Assembly: GCA_043825735.1 (NCBI GenBank)
Contig: JBDRRP010000006.1
Span: 1-50,894 of the forward strand
From: Pseudomonadota bacterium
GTDB lineage: Bacteria > Desulfobacterota > Desulfobacteria > Desulfobacterales > JBDRRP01
Reading direction: 5' to 3'
Length of the DNA: 50,894 nt
Shown here: one piece after another, positions 19,574 to 30,218 of the stretch
Layout: the number at the start of each line of letters is the position of its first letter
How positions within the stretch are numbered: position 1 is the first letter of the stretch
Translations under genes and position numbers: made by a program
The notes under the pieces: generated by a model
Told to the model about the DNA's origin: nothing
Seen by the model: the letters and a program-made list of their open reading frames with translations, nothing else
Databases searched by the model: none

Positions 19574-21784
19574 ATGAATATATTTAAAGCGGCAAACAGG
19601 TCAACGTTTATGATCGCAATTGTCTTATACATAATTGCGCTGTTGGGCTACGTCGGTTGGAATTATTTTTATAATAAGAGGGAAATTCTAAAGAATATCG
19701 ACTCTGAATTATATAGAAGTGCAGTTGCCTTGAAGTATATTTTACCAGAAGATCTCCACGATAGAGCGGTTGACGGGCAATCTATTTCAGCTAACGAGGA
19801 TAAATACATTGCCAATAAGCTGACAAAGCTGGTCAAAGAAACAAGTCTTAAATACGCCTACACCATTATTAAACAGGGGCAAAAACTGTTTTTTGTGGCA
19901 TCGGATATTTCAGCAGACCCTGAGACCGAGAGGGGGACGTTTTATTTCTATCAATATGAGGGAGCCGATGATACTTTTATAAGTGCTTTTGAAAAAAAGG
20001 TGCCAAGTTATAAAACTGTATCAGACCAATGGGGTACTGTAAGAACTGTAATAGTGCCTGAAAAGTCACCGGGAGGCGTAAAATATCTTGCATGCGCTGA
20101 TTATGATATCACTCATATAAATAAGTTACTTCAGAAAAACTTACTGCGGTCAATAGCAACCATATTTTTCTTTTTAGCATTATATATCCCAATCATTATA
20201 GTCTATACCAAGCTTTATGGCGAATATTTGAGCTCACTTCGAAAGCGCGAGGAAAAATATAGGACTCTGACTGAATTATTGCCCATCGTTGTATTTGAGT
20301 TAGACAACCAAGGCAAAATAAAATTTGCCAACAAGTCTGGGGTCCAAATGACTGGCTATGACCAAAGTGATTTTGAAAAAGGTTTAAATATTGTAGATGT
20401 TATTGCCCCTGAAAGTCATGAAACTGCATTGAAATTGTACGATCAAGTTTTACAAGGCATTTACTCGGATGGCGCGGAGTATCAAATTCGGCGGAAAGAC
20501 GGCAGTACTTATTATGGCTACATTAATACAAGGCCAACGCTCGATAGCGATTCCCCAGGCTTGATAGGATATATTTTTGACCTGACCCGCCTCAAAGAGG
20601 CAGAATTTGCACTTCGGAAAAGTGAAGAAACGCTAATAAGGTCGAAGAAAATGGAATCTTTGGGGCTATTAGCAGGCGGTGTCGCTCACGATTTAAACAA
20701 TATTCTTTCTGGAATTGTAAGTTATCCGGAGTTGCTGTTAATGGATTTGCCCGAGGACAGCAAACTCAGGAAACCGATTGAAACAATGCAGGAGTCCGGG
20801 CATCGGGCTGCCGCTATTGTACAGGATTTATTGACCGTTGCAAGAGGCGTAGCCACTACAAAAGAACCGATAAATCTAAATGACCTTATAAACGATTATT
20901 TGAGTTCTCCGGAGCATGATAAAATAAAACAGTTTTACCCTTTAGTCTCAGTCGAGATAAACTTAGATGCCGATTTACTCAACATCAAAGCCTCTTATGT
21001 CCACATCAGAAAAATACTAATGAACTTAGTGTCAAACGCTTCAGAAGCTATTGAGGGCAGTGGTATTATTTCTGTGTCAACAATGAATCGATATATTGAT
21101 AAGCCCTTTAAGGGATATGAGAATTTTTCAGCCGGTGAATACGTTGTTCTGTCTGTAAAAGACAATGGCTCAGGAATATCTCCAGACGATCTTGAGAGAA
21201 TATTTGAGCCGTTTTTTACCAAAAAAATTATGGGCAGAAGCGGTACTGGTTTAGGCTTGGCTGTTGTATGGAATACAGTACAAGACCACAAAGGTGTTAT
21301 TGACGTGAAAAGTGATAAAAACGGTACGGTTTTTGAAATATACTTTCCGATAACGAGAGAAGAGATATCGACTAAGGATTTGTCTATGTCCATTCAAGAC
21401 TATATGGGCAATAGCGAAATGATACTTGTCGTTGATGATTTGAAAAGGCAGCGAGAAATATCGTGTAAAATGTTAACCGTTCTTGGCTACAAAACAAAAT
21501 CTGTTTCCAGCGGAGAGGATGCAATTGAATATTTGAAGGAACATTCCGTGGATTTAATATTGCTTGATATGATTATGGTTCCGGGAATAAATGGCCGCGA
21601 AACCTATGAGCGCATCGTCAAGATAAATCCTAGACAAAAGGCTATAATAACCAGTGGGTACGCTGAGACGGATGACGTAAAGGCAATTCAAAATTTAGGC
21701 GCCGGACGTTACTTGAAAAAGCCACTTACTATTGAAATATTAGGGCTGGCCGTTAAGCAGGAACTAGAGAAATTACAGCCTTGA
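19574..21784 (+). CDS. Hybrid sensor histidine kinase (TM, sensor, PAS, HisKA, HATPase, REC)
   Basis: AHDLNN, DNGSG, GTGLGL, LILLDMIM. Confidence 0.93.
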   Translation: MNIFKAANRSTFMIAIVLYIIALLGYVGWNYFYNKREILKNIDSELYRSAVALKYILPEDLHDRAVDGQSISANEDKYIANKLTKLVKETSLKYAYTIIKQGQKLFFVASDISADPETERGTFYFYQYEGADDTFISAFEKKVPSYKTVSDQWGTVRTVIVPEKSPGGVKYLACADYDITHINKLLQKNLLRSIATIFFFLALYIPIIIVYTKLYGEYLSSLRKREEKYRTLTELLPIVVFELDNQGKIKFANKSGVQMTGYDQSDFEKGLNIVDVIAPESHETALKLYDQVLQGIYSDGAEYQIRRKDGSTYYGYINTRPTLDSDSPGLIGYIFDLTRLKEAEFALRKSEETLIRSKKMESLGLLAGGVAHDLNNILSGIVSYPELLLMDLPEDSKLRKPIETMQESGHRAAAIVQDLLTVARGVATTKEPINLNDLINDYLSSPEHDKIKQFYPLVSVEINLDADLLNIKASYVHIRKILMNLVSNASEAIEGSGIISVSTMNRYIDKPFKGYENFSAGEYVVLSVKDNGSGISPDDLERIFEPFFTKKIMGRSGTGLGLAVVWNTVQDHKGVIDVKSDKNGTVFEIYFPITREEISTKDLSMSIQDYMGNSEMILVVDDLKRQREISCKMLTVLGYKTKSVSSGEDAIEYLKEHSVDLILLDMIMVPGINGRETYERIVKINPRQKAIITSGYAETDDVKAIQNLGAGRYLKKPLTIEILGLAVKQELEKLQP

Positions 21785-21842
21785 AATATACAAGAATTTT
21801 TCCCTTTTGATTAATTAGATCAAACACTTTAGGGTATAGAAA

Positions 21843-22087
21843 ACGCGTATGCTTCTTCAATCTTCCTGACAGCTGTAAGACATGGAATACCATTTTTTTT
21901 AAGGCGGGGTGTACCGAGATGGTCATCAAACGGCCATTTTGAGGCGAGATGGGTGCAGCTGGTCATCGAGGGGAAAAAGCTGACCGGCCCTACCTTGATT
22001 TTGATCTCAGGCTCTGGCAGACTGATCAATACCGGATTCATTCCAACAGTTCCTGAATGATTCCAGAATATTACCTTCGGTGGCAAA
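21843..22087. repeat. Inter-cargo repeat copy B (long form)
   Basis: Colinear with 28614-28860 over ~245 bp; core GATTCCAGAATATTA at 22059. Confidence 0.9.
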
Positions 22088-22382
22088 CTATTACGTGGTC
22101 TAAGGCATCAGAAATCCCAGGCGTCATCGGGCCTTCTTGGACATCCTCATTGCTGTTGCCAATTAGCTCATCTCTGCTAAAATGCCCGGCATAAACTCCA
22201 TTGCTCGGTTTGGTACCATTTCTTTTATGTGCCGGGTTCGTAGGATTTGACAATATCATTGGAATTGTAAAACCGGGCAATACTTTCGGATAATGCAAGA
22301 ATTGTTTAATCGACGTCGTCCCACCACACACCCTTAATTTGTATGCTGGTGGATCACAATACATATAATCTGGTTTCCAAAT

Positions 22383-24998
22383 ATGTTCAAAAAGCCGGAA
22401 TTTCTTAACTGGGAAGGCTTCTGGTGGGGATCGGAGCCGGACAGACCTGACGACCTTGAAAAATGGCGGAGCCGATTTGCAAAATCGATGCTCGCTTTCG
22501 GGGTCGTCGTTTTCCCTCTAGCGATGCTTTTCACTGTTCCCTTATTCATTTCTGAGCGAAGATACGGTCTGATCGCCGCTGACGTAGCCTTTTGGGTTTT
22601 TCTGGTGTGCCAATTGTTCATTTTCAGGTTCCCGCCCAAGACCAACAAATACGTAGCTTTGGCCGCCATTTACTTCATGACGATCCTGTTTCACATTACC
22701 TTGGGTCCTTTTGAGGTGCGTCCGGTCTGGCTTGTCACCTGCGCGGTGTTTTCAGCCATATTCCTCGGGATTCCCGGAGCGATAGCCGCAGGGCTAATCC
22801 ATATCTGCCTGCTCCCTTCCCTTTACTTACTGATGGGGCCAGCAAACCCTGCCTGGTCCGCAGTCTACGAACTCCCACCGAACAGATGGATCGTTTTCCT
22901 ATTTAACACCTGGGTTCTCGCATTAGCCAGCAGTCTGGCGGTTGGATTCCTGCTCAGCCGTCTGGATCGCGCATTGAGGGATGAGCAGCACACCTCAGCG
23001 AAAATGAGCCGACGGGGCGACGAACTGGAAAACGCCAATAAAAGACTGAAGAAGGAAATGTCCCAACGGGAGGTTGCCGAAGAAGCTCTGGTAAAAAGCG
23101 AAGAGAAATATCGACTTCTGGCCGAAAACGCCATGGATGTTATTTACACCGTGGACATGGACCTCAACCTGACATACATCAGCCCATCCGTTCTGCGGGT
23201 GCGCGGCTACACTCCTGAAGAATTGATGAATATGAAGCTGACCGACCATCTGGCCCCAAACTCCGTCGAGACCGCGGCGCAGGTCTTGGCCGAGGAGTTG
23301 GAGATCGACGCAGCCGGTAGCGCTGATCCCAAAAGGTCCCGTACGATAGAGCTCGAGGTGTTTCGCAAAGACGGCTCCACCTACTGGAGCGAGGCGAGTT
23401 TTACCTTTATCCGCAATGAAATGGGCCAGCCCATAGGCATCTTGGGCGTCAGTCGAGACATCAGCAAACGAAAGGCGGCCATAGAACGGTTGAAAACAGC
23501 CGAGGCCCGGCACCGAGCAGTTCTGGAGGCTTCGCCTGATCCTATAGTCACCTACGACATGGAGGGACGGACTACCTATGTCAATCCCGCTTTTACAAGC
23601 GTTTTCGGGTGGACGGAACAGGAGCTTTTAGGGCGCAAAATCGATTTCGTCCCTGAGGAGGAATTACCAAAGACCAGAAAGCTAATTAAAATGGTTTTGG
23701 CTGGCAGGAGCAGTTCTGGAGTTGAGACACGCAGGCGGACCAAATCCGGCAAAATCATTGAGATTAGCCTGAGTGCTGCGGTTTTCAACGATCCTGAAGG
23801 GAGGCTTCAGGGAAGCGTTGCAATTTTGCAGGACATCACTGAGAGAAAGAGATTGGAAGCCCAATTGATGCAGATACTCAAGATGGAAGCCATCGGCACC
23901 CTTGCCGGCGGAATTGCACATGATTTCAACAATCTTCTGATGGGTATCCAGGGGCGCACTTCACTATTGGATATGGAACTTGGCTCATCCCATCCTCAGA
24001 AGGAACATATCGAAGCGATAGAAGAATACGTTCAAGGTGCAACTCAATTAACCAAGCAACTTTTAGGTTTTGCACGGGGCGGAAAATACGAGACCAAGCC
24101 AATAGATATGAATACAATTTTGGTGGCTTCCGCTGAAATGTTCGGGCGTACCCATAAAGAAATTCAAATTCACAAGAAACTAGAAGTCGGGCCATTGGTG
24201 GTAGTGGCGGACAGGGGACAGATCGAGCAGGTACTGCTGAACATTTTTATCAATGCATGGCAAGCAATGCCTGTCGGTGGCCACATCTACGTCGAGACTG
24301 CATTAGTTAGCTTCAACGAGCCTGATAGCGAAATGCAACAAATAGAACCAGGGCTATATGTGAAGACCTCTATCACAGACACGGGTGTCGGCATGGACGA
24401 GGCGACCCAACAGCGGATATTCGACCCATTTTTCACCACCAAAGAAAAGGGGCGTGGTACGGGTCTCGGTCTGGCTTCTGCTTACGGCATCATTAGAAAT
24501 CATCATGGAAAAATTACAACCAACAGCGAAGTCGGCCACGGAAGCACCTTTAACATTTATTTGCCTGCCTCGGATAGCAGGGCAGAAATAGTAGACACGG
24601 AGGAAAGTGTTCCGGTTCAAGGGTCGGAGACTATCTTGTTGGTGGATGACGAAAAAATGATACAGGAAGTTGGGTGCGCAATGCTGGAAAAACTCGGGTA
24701 CCGAGTCTTTGTCGCCACTAACGGTCAGGAAGCCATAGAAATTGTGGTTAATCAAGGTAATTCCATCAATTTAGTAATTCTTGATCTAATTATGCCGGGT
24801 ATCGACGGAGGCAAGGCTTTTGAGAAGATTCGCAGGATTAATCCAACGATTCCGATCATACTATCCAGCGGATATGCAATCAACGGTCAGGCAACTGAAA
24901 TAATGAACCAAGGATGTGACGGTTTTCTGCAAAAGCCGTTTAAAATTTTCGAATTATCCAAGAAGATACGTCTAATTTTAGATACGAGCAATGTGTAA
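22383..24998 (+). CDS. Hybrid sensor histidine kinase (multi-TM, 2 PAS, HisKA, HATPase, REC)
   Basis: AHDFNNLL, DTGVGM, GTGLGL, LVILDLIMP. Confidence 0.93.
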   Translation: MFKKPEFLNWEGFWWGSEPDRPDDLEKWRSRFAKSMLAFGVVVFPLAMLFTVPLFISERRYGLIAADVAFWVFLVCQLFIFRFPPKTNKYVALAAIYFMTILFHITLGPFEVRPVWLVTCAVFSAIFLGIPGAIAAGLIHICLLPSLYLLMGPANPAWSAVYELPPNRWIVFLFNTWVLALASSLAVGFLLSRLDRALRDEQHTSAKMSRRGDELENANKRLKKEMSQREVAEEALVKSEEKYRLLAENAMDVIYTVDMDLNLTYISPSVLRVRGYTPEELMNMKLTDHLAPNSVETAAQVLAEELEIDAAGSADPKRSRTIELEVFRKDGSTYWSEASFTFIRNEMGQPIGILGVSRDISKRKAAIERLKTAEARHRAVLEASPDPIVTYDMEGRTTYVNPAFTSVFGWTEQELLGRKIDFVPEEELPKTRKLIKMVLAGRSSSGVETRRRTKSGKIIEISLSAAVFNDPEGRLQGSVAILQDITERKRLEAQLMQILKMEAIGTLAGGIAHDFNNLLMGIQGRTSLLDMELGSSHPQKEHIEAIEEYVQGATQLTKQLLGFARGGKYETKPIDMNTILVASAEMFGRTHKEIQIHKKLEVGPLVVVADRGQIEQVLLNIFINAWQAMPVGGHIYVETALVSFNEPDSEMQQIEPGLYVKTSITDTGVGMDEATQQRIFDPFFTTKEKGRGTGLGLASAYGIIRNHHGKITTNSEVGHGSTFNIYLPASDSRAEIVDTEESVPVQGSETILLVDDEKMIQEVGCAMLEKLGYRVFVATNGQEAIEIVVNQGNSINLVILDLIMPGIDGGKAFEKIRRINPTIPIILSSGYAINGQATEIMNQGCDGFLQKPFKIFELSKKIRLILDTSNV

Positions 24999-25100
24999 TG
25001 ATCCGACTTAGTGAAGCCAGCTACATCATCCTTTAAATTACCAGAGTTCCAATTGACCAATAGGGCTTAGATCGTTGTTATTCCTAAAGTTGAAAACTAA

Positions 25101-25162
25101 AGACTGGCATACTCATTCTGTCGGTTTTTTAACGATTCCAGAATATTACCTTTGGTGGCAAA
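25101..25162. repeat. Inter-cargo repeat copy C (core only)
   Basis: TGGCATACTCATTC, GATTCCAGAATATTACC at 25134, GGTGGCAAA. Confidence 0.85.
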
Positions 25163-25382
25163 TAGTCCGCGGTTATGAGCTCGCGGCAGTTCAGTGAAAT
25201 ATGGGTGCCTCTATTCGCTAATTTTGATATCAAGAAGATATCTCTGTGCTGACCTGAATTGTAATGTTGAGAATAAAACTTTGCGCAATAGCTGTGACAG
25301 CTACGGTCACACCCAAGGGTCACTTGAGACATCTGCATAACCCAGTAAAAGAATATTCACATAGAACCCCCAAAAAGTTGAG

Positions 25383-28300
25383 GTGGACATGCCGTATAGC
25401 AATTTGAGCGGATCCAATCTATGCCGAATTAGACGTGGCTTCATCCCATCATTTCTATTTCTAATCTACTTCCTTGCATTCTTGATGGGCTGCAAAACTG
25501 TAAATATGTCAGTCGAGGAGGCCAAGAATGTTGCTGTCGAGTTTCAGGGGACGTACAAGACCGTGCCCCCGAGGGGCTTGGGAGTGACGATCGAAAAGCA
25601 GGTAGCGTACTACAAAGACCCACCGAACTTACCCGCTGAATATCTGGTGCCGCGAAAGCAGTACACGGATGATGAACTCAATGACGTGTATAAAGGCGTT
25701 AGCGGAGCACCGGATTGGGCGGAACCGAGATACTATGCCACGTGGGCTTATAATGAATATATGTTGGGCAACCTCAGCCTTTCAATCCGGTTAGTAGATC
25801 TGGTGCCCCCCAAATCTGTTTATGTTTTAAATAACATGGAAGGTTTTGCATTCAAAGCCTTGATCCTGGCAGAGGCCGGTGACTACAAAGGGGCCGAGTC
25901 AGCGTTTTCTTCAGCAGATTACTTTTATAGCAAATATAGGCGGGTAAGTGGAGATCGTGGCATTCTCGCCAGAATACTGCTGGCGACGGCATTCATGACT
26001 CGTTCCAGGGCTGCAATTTATTTTTCCCGCGGAGATTTGGCGGCGGCAGAGCAGGAGTATCGGCAGCTTTTGCTTGACCTTGATAGATTCCGGCACAGTG
26101 GCGCTTTGGCTGAGCCCACGAATCACGAACCCGAAGCCCTGGTAAACCTTGCCCGGGTTCTACTGGCCCAGGGGCGCCTAACGGAGGCAGAGATCAATGT
26201 GCGCGAGGCTATTCGGCTGGGAAACACCAATTGCATGCCGCATGCTTTCCTTGCCTTGAGCAAAATTTTTTTTGCGCAGGGGCGCTTTGAAGATGCCCGG
26301 GTATGCGCCCGTACGGCTTTGCATATCACGATGACTCTGCGGGTGCCCATTGACGCTTTTATTCGGGCCAATGTCCGTGCAGATTATGCGCGCGCACTTT
26401 TAGCCCTGGGGCAGTACAAGGAATCTCTGCAGCAGTTTAACCTGATAAAAGAAGAGTTAAAGACCGATCCTGCGACCTTTGACCGCCGGTTCAAGGGGAA
26501 TGCGGAGTGGGGCCTGGCGCTGTTGATGAACGGTGATGCCCAGGCGGCCATGGAACAACTGGAGTTCGCTGCCCGGCAAAGTGAAAATATTTTGGGTACC
26601 GATACCTATGCCCTGGCCGAACTGCGTGCCTTGCACGCCATGGCGCTGGCCCAGTCCGGGCAACCAGATGCTGCGCTGAAAGCGTTTGACCAATACGTCC
26701 CCGCGCTTCTTAAAAAATGGGAAACCAATGAAGAGGGTATTAACTCTCAAAATGCCCGGTCCTTCAAGTTCAAATTGATATTGGAAGCCTACATTACGCT
26801 CCTTGCCGACAGCGGACAGCCCGCAGACGCCGAAAGAAGCTTTCAATATGCCAGCGCTTTGCAGGACAAGCTGATCGGCCGAGCGGTGGCCCTGAACTCG
26901 GCCCGAACCGCGGTGAAGGATCTCGCTCTCACCGACCTGATCCGGCAACAACAGGATCTGGAAATGAAACTTTCCTCCTCTAAAAACCGGCTTGCCAACG
27001 CCCTCTATGCGCCCCCTGAGCTGATAAATACCGAGGTTATTACAGAGCTGCGCAACCAGGTAGAGACCCTCAACCTCGCTACGGGAACCCTCGAACAAGA
27101 AATCAAGAGCCTTTTTCCCGAGTATGCAAATATCGTCAACCCGGATAATGCCGATGTGGCCAAAGTCCGCAATACGCTGGATGACACCGAGGCCCTGATC
27201 TCCATCTTTTCCGGCAAAAACGCGACGTTCATCTGGGCCATTCCGAAGACCGGCCCGGTGTCCTTGGCCAAGGCCCCGATTGGAAAAGCCAAAATGGCCG
27301 GCTTGGTGGGTAAATTGAGAAAGGCCCTTGATCCCGGCGCGGTGTTCAGTATCATGGAATTGCCGCCATTTGATTTAAAGCTTGCATACAGTCTTTATGA
27401 GCAAACATTAAAGCCGGTTGAAGCCGGCTGGAAACAGGCCAAGAACCTGATCGTGGTCATCCAGGGACCGATGGGACAAATTCCGCTTTCCATCCTTCCG
27501 ACCACGTCAGATTTTCAGACCGATCGCGTCCCAGGCAAGCCGGTCTTTTCTAACTACAGCGATGTGAAGTGGCTGATCAATACCCACTCGGTTACGGTCT
27601 TGCCGTCGGTTTCCGCCCTGGTCAACCTGCGATCCGTTGTTCCCGAAGAAACAGAGCGGGCCGCCTATGTCGGTTTTGGTGATCCCTATTTCAACCAGGA
27701 ACAGCTGGCCGCGGCTGAAAATGAGGCCAAGCAGAAGGAGGCGCTGCTTGCCATGCGCAATGCCCCCATCCAACTGCGCGGCATTCGTGTTACACAAGCC
27801 GGTGAGCTCGATAAAAAGAAAATCGCCTCCATCGGTATCGGTATGCTCAACCGCCTGCCGGATACCCGTGAGGAGGTCATCAACATTGCCGCTACCTTGA
27901 AGGCGGATACTGAAAAAGATGTTTTCTTTGGAAAGCAGGCCAGTGAACAGACCATTAAATCCCTGGATCTCAGCAACCGCAGGGTGGTGGTCTTTGCCAC
28001 CCACGGCCTGGTGCCCGGCGACCTGGACGGGCTCGATCAACCAGCCCTGGCTTTGAGTGCCCCGGATGTCACTGGCAATGCCGACGAGGACGGCCTGTTG
28101 ACCATGGGCGAGATCATGGGGCTGCGTCTGAATGCCGACTGGGTAGTCCTATCGGCCTGTAACACCGGGGCGGCCGAAGGCGAAGGCGCCGAAGCGGTGT
28201 CGGGACTGGGGCAGGCCTTCTTCTACGCGGGTGCCCGCGCCCTTCTGGTGACCGGTTGGCCGGTAGAAACGATCAGCGCCAAGCTTTTGACCACCGATCT

Positions 28301-28457
28301 GTTCAAAAGGCAGCTGGACAACCCGGGTATCAATCGAGCGGAGGCACTGCGGTTGACCATGAATGCCATGATTTCGAAAACCCATGAAGAGGGGTTTTCT
28401 TATGCCCATCCTATTTTTTGGGCGCCCTATGCCATTGTAGGTGATAGTCGCCGTTAG
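25383..28457 (+). CDS. TPR + CHAT (caspase-like) protease, probable lipoprotein
   Basis: Hydrophobic stretch ending LMGC; TPR-like helices; FATHG and LSACNTG dyad; HPIFWAPY. Confidence 0.9.
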   Translation: MDMPYSNLSGSNLCRIRRGFIPSFLFLIYFLAFLMGCKTVNMSVEEAKNVAVEFQGTYKTVPPRGLGVTIEKQVAYYKDPPNLPAEYLVPRKQYTDDELNDVYKGVSGAPDWAEPRYYATWAYNEYMLGNLSLSIRLVDLVPPKSVYVLNNMEGFAFKALILAEAGDYKGAESAFSSADYFYSKYRRVSGDRGILARILLATAFMTRSRAAIYFSRGDLAAAEQEYRQLLLDLDRFRHSGALAEPTNHEPEALVNLARVLLAQGRLTEAEINVREAIRLGNTNCMPHAFLALSKIFFAQGRFEDARVCARTALHITMTLRVPIDAFIRANVRADYARALLALGQYKESLQQFNLIKEELKTDPATFDRRFKGNAEWGLALLMNGDAQAAMEQLEFAARQSENILGTDTYALAELRALHAMALAQSGQPDAALKAFDQYVPALLKKWETNEEGINSQNARSFKFKLILEAYITLLADSGQPADAERSFQYASALQDKLIGRAVALNSARTAVKDLALTDLIRQQQDLEMKLSSSKNRLANALYAPPELINTEVITELRNQVETLNLATGTLEQEIKSLFPEYANIVNPDNADVAKVRNTLDDTEALISIFSGKNATFIWAIPKTGPVSLAKAPIGKAKMAGLVGKLRKALDPGAVFSIMELPPFDLKLAYSLYEQTLKPVEAGWKQAKNLIVVIQGPMGQIPLSILPTTSDFQTDRVPGKPVFSNYSDVKWLINTHSVTVLPSVSALVNLRSVVPEETERAAYVGFGDPYFNQEQLAAAENEAKQKEALLAMRNAPIQLRGIRVTQAGELDKKKIASIGIGMLNRLPDTREEVINIAATLKADTEKDVFFGKQASEQTIKSLDLSNRRVVVFATHGLVPGDLDGLDQPALALSAPDVTGNADEDGLLTMGEIMGLRLNADWVVLSACNTGAAEGEGAEAVSGLGQAFFYAGARALLVTGWPVETISAKLLTTDLFKRQLDNPGINRAEALRLTMNAMISKTHEEGFSYAHPIFWAPYAIVGDSRR

Positions 28458-28613
28458 TGTTTCATTGTGAAGCCTTCTATAATGCATGTTTCCTTTGGCA
28501 AGGAAGACTTTCGCATTTAATTATATGGCCAATAAAGCAGAACTGAACTCAAACTACGACCATCATTCCTTCGGTTAGAGAACCCAAATATCCTGTTTCG
28601 ACTTACCACCCCA

Positions 28614-28860
28614 TACGCCTATGCCTCTACAATATTCCTGGCAGATGAAAACTGTGGAATGCCATTTCTAAGGCGGGGTGCACCTACCGAGATAGTCACC
28701 AAACGGCCATTTTGAGGCGATATGGGTTGCGGAATGGCCACCGGAGGGCTGGCTGAGCGGCCATACCTTGATTTGGATCTCGCGCTGTGGCAGACTGAGC
28801 AATACCAGTATCATTCCGACGGTTTATAAGTGATTCCGGAATATTATCGTCGGTGGCAAA
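28614..28860. repeat. Inter-cargo repeat copy D (long form)
   Basis: Colinear with copy B; core GATTCCGGAATATTA at 28832. Confidence 0.9.
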
Positions 28861-29075
28861 CATTCTGTGGTTCAAACCTAACTCAATCTGCGGATCTTTT
28901 ATGAATAAATTATTTTAGGTTTCTGTACTTTTTGTCACAATTTTAGGAAAATACCTATCCAAATCTCTGCCTGTCTCTATGGAATCCATCACTTAAACCC
29001 GCACCACTAAGGCATTCTATTACCTTCCGGATTATTGCATGATTCTTGCTTACATCATCACTCAATTTCAGGAAA

Positions 29076-29172
29076 CAAGACAAAGCCAAACCGCCCGTGA
29101 GGGAGGGACGGAAAGCCATGGATCTCTCAGGGGCGAGGGCCCCAGATCCGAGAGACAGCCGGGTTGGCTACA
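29076..29172 (+). ncRNA. c-di-GMP-I (GEMM-I) riboswitch
   Basis: GCCAAACC, P2 with GTGA tetraloop, GGGACGGAAAGCC...GAGACAGCCGGGTTG; lies in the 5' UTR of the PEP-CTERM gene. Confidence 0.85.
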
Positions 29173-29238
29173 GTGACGCGGTTCGGACTTTTTTTACTTC
29201 CAATACATGCAATCCAAATTTCCAAATAGGAGTGGATT

Positions 29239-30057
29239 ATGAAAAGAGTATTTGGCATTTTATGCATTCTTTTGTTATCATTCAGTTTTTCAAGAACAGC
29301 TGGGGCTGACCCAGTTAACTTGAATACGTGGACAGCAGAGTCTTATCCAGCGGTATCTGGCTTTCCGGCAGGATCATGGTCCGTGTCTGCTGATGGGAGT
29401 ACGGTTACCCAAACAAATAATGGCCAGCCAACTTTTTTCTACAGTGATTTCGATGCTTTCGGAACGCTTGCACAGGGTAAAATATTAGTAACCGGCACCG
29501 ATGATGATTATATTGGTTTTGCATTGGGGTTCCAACCCAATGACTCTTCAAACGCAGCGGCTGACTACCTATTGATCGATTGGAAAAGCGCAACTCAGAA
29601 CTATAATTTCACCGGGACACCCGTAAGCACCCCTGGCAGTACAGCATACGCGGGGCTTGCTGTATCGAGAGTAACAGGGATACCCACGGCGGATGAGTTT
29701 TGGGGACATAAAAACTTTATTGAAAATCCAGGAGGTGGGCTCCAAGAACTCCAGAGAGCAAACACCTTGGGTGCTACTGGGTGGGGCCTGGACACTCAAT
29801 ACGAATTTCGCTTTGATTTTGGTCCGAATGACTTGGAAGTATTTGTAAACGACGTTCTCGAACTTGATATTGCTGGCGTATTTTCAGATGGGCGCCTTGC
29901 GTTTTACAACTTCTCCCAAGCCGGCGTAACTTATTCTGCTTTCACGCTTGATGATGGAAATTTTCCTAATCCTGTCCCTGAACCCGCAACTTTGCTTCTT
30001 CTCGGTACCGGTCTTGTAGGGCTTGCCGGGGCACGGCGTAAACTTAACAAAAAGTAA
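29239..30057 (+). CDS. PEP-CTERM exosortase substrate with thrombospondin C-terminal-like domain
   Basis: Signal peptide; DDDYIGFALGFQ; C-terminal VPEPATLLLLGTGLVGLAGARRK. Confidence 0.88.
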   Translation: MKRVFGILCILLLSFSFSRTAGADPVNLNTWTAESYPAVSGFPAGSWSVSADGSTVTQTNNGQPTFFYSDFDAFGTLAQGKILVTGTDDDYIGFALGFQPNDSSNAAADYLLIDWKSATQNYNFTGTPVSTPGSTAYAGLAVSRVTGIPTADEFWGHKNFIENPGGGLQELQRANTLGATGWGLDTQYEFRFDFGPNDLEVFVNDVLELDIAGVFSDGRLAFYNFSQAGVTYSAFTLDDGNFPNPVPEPATLLLLGTGLVGLAGARRKLNKK

Positions 30058-30078
30058 CCGACTCTCCATATCCAAAGC

Positions 30079-30112
30079 AAAAAAAGGCGGAGTTATTTGC
30101 TCCGCCTTTTTT
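30079..30112 (+). terminator. Intrinsic terminator
   Basis: AAAAAAGGCGGAG-loop-CTCCGCCTTTTTT. Confidence 0.85.
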
Positions 30113-30129
30113 GTTATCACACCGTGATC

Positions 30130-30218
30130 TACGCCTATGCCCCTTCAATATTCCTGACACCTGAAAACCGAGCAATACCATTTCAAAGCCGGGGCCGGGA
30201 TCATCCCTTCCCCGGCTT
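30130..30218. repeat. Inter-cargo repeat copy E (left part plus hairpin)
   Basis: TACGCCTATGCCCCTTCAATATTCCTGAC matches the left end of B/D. The GCCGGGG...CCCTTCCCCGG hairpin is shared with 31042. Confidence 0.75.

Noticed and set aside
21829..22086. 85-aa minus-strand ORF over repeat copy B
   Set aside because: This frame is broken by a stop in copy D, so it was treated as repeat rather than gene.
25290..25311. AGCTGTGACA match to the fic-end boxes, or a CRP-like TGTGA...TCACA site
   Set aside because: Single 10-bp match, and the spacer is 9 bp rather than 6.
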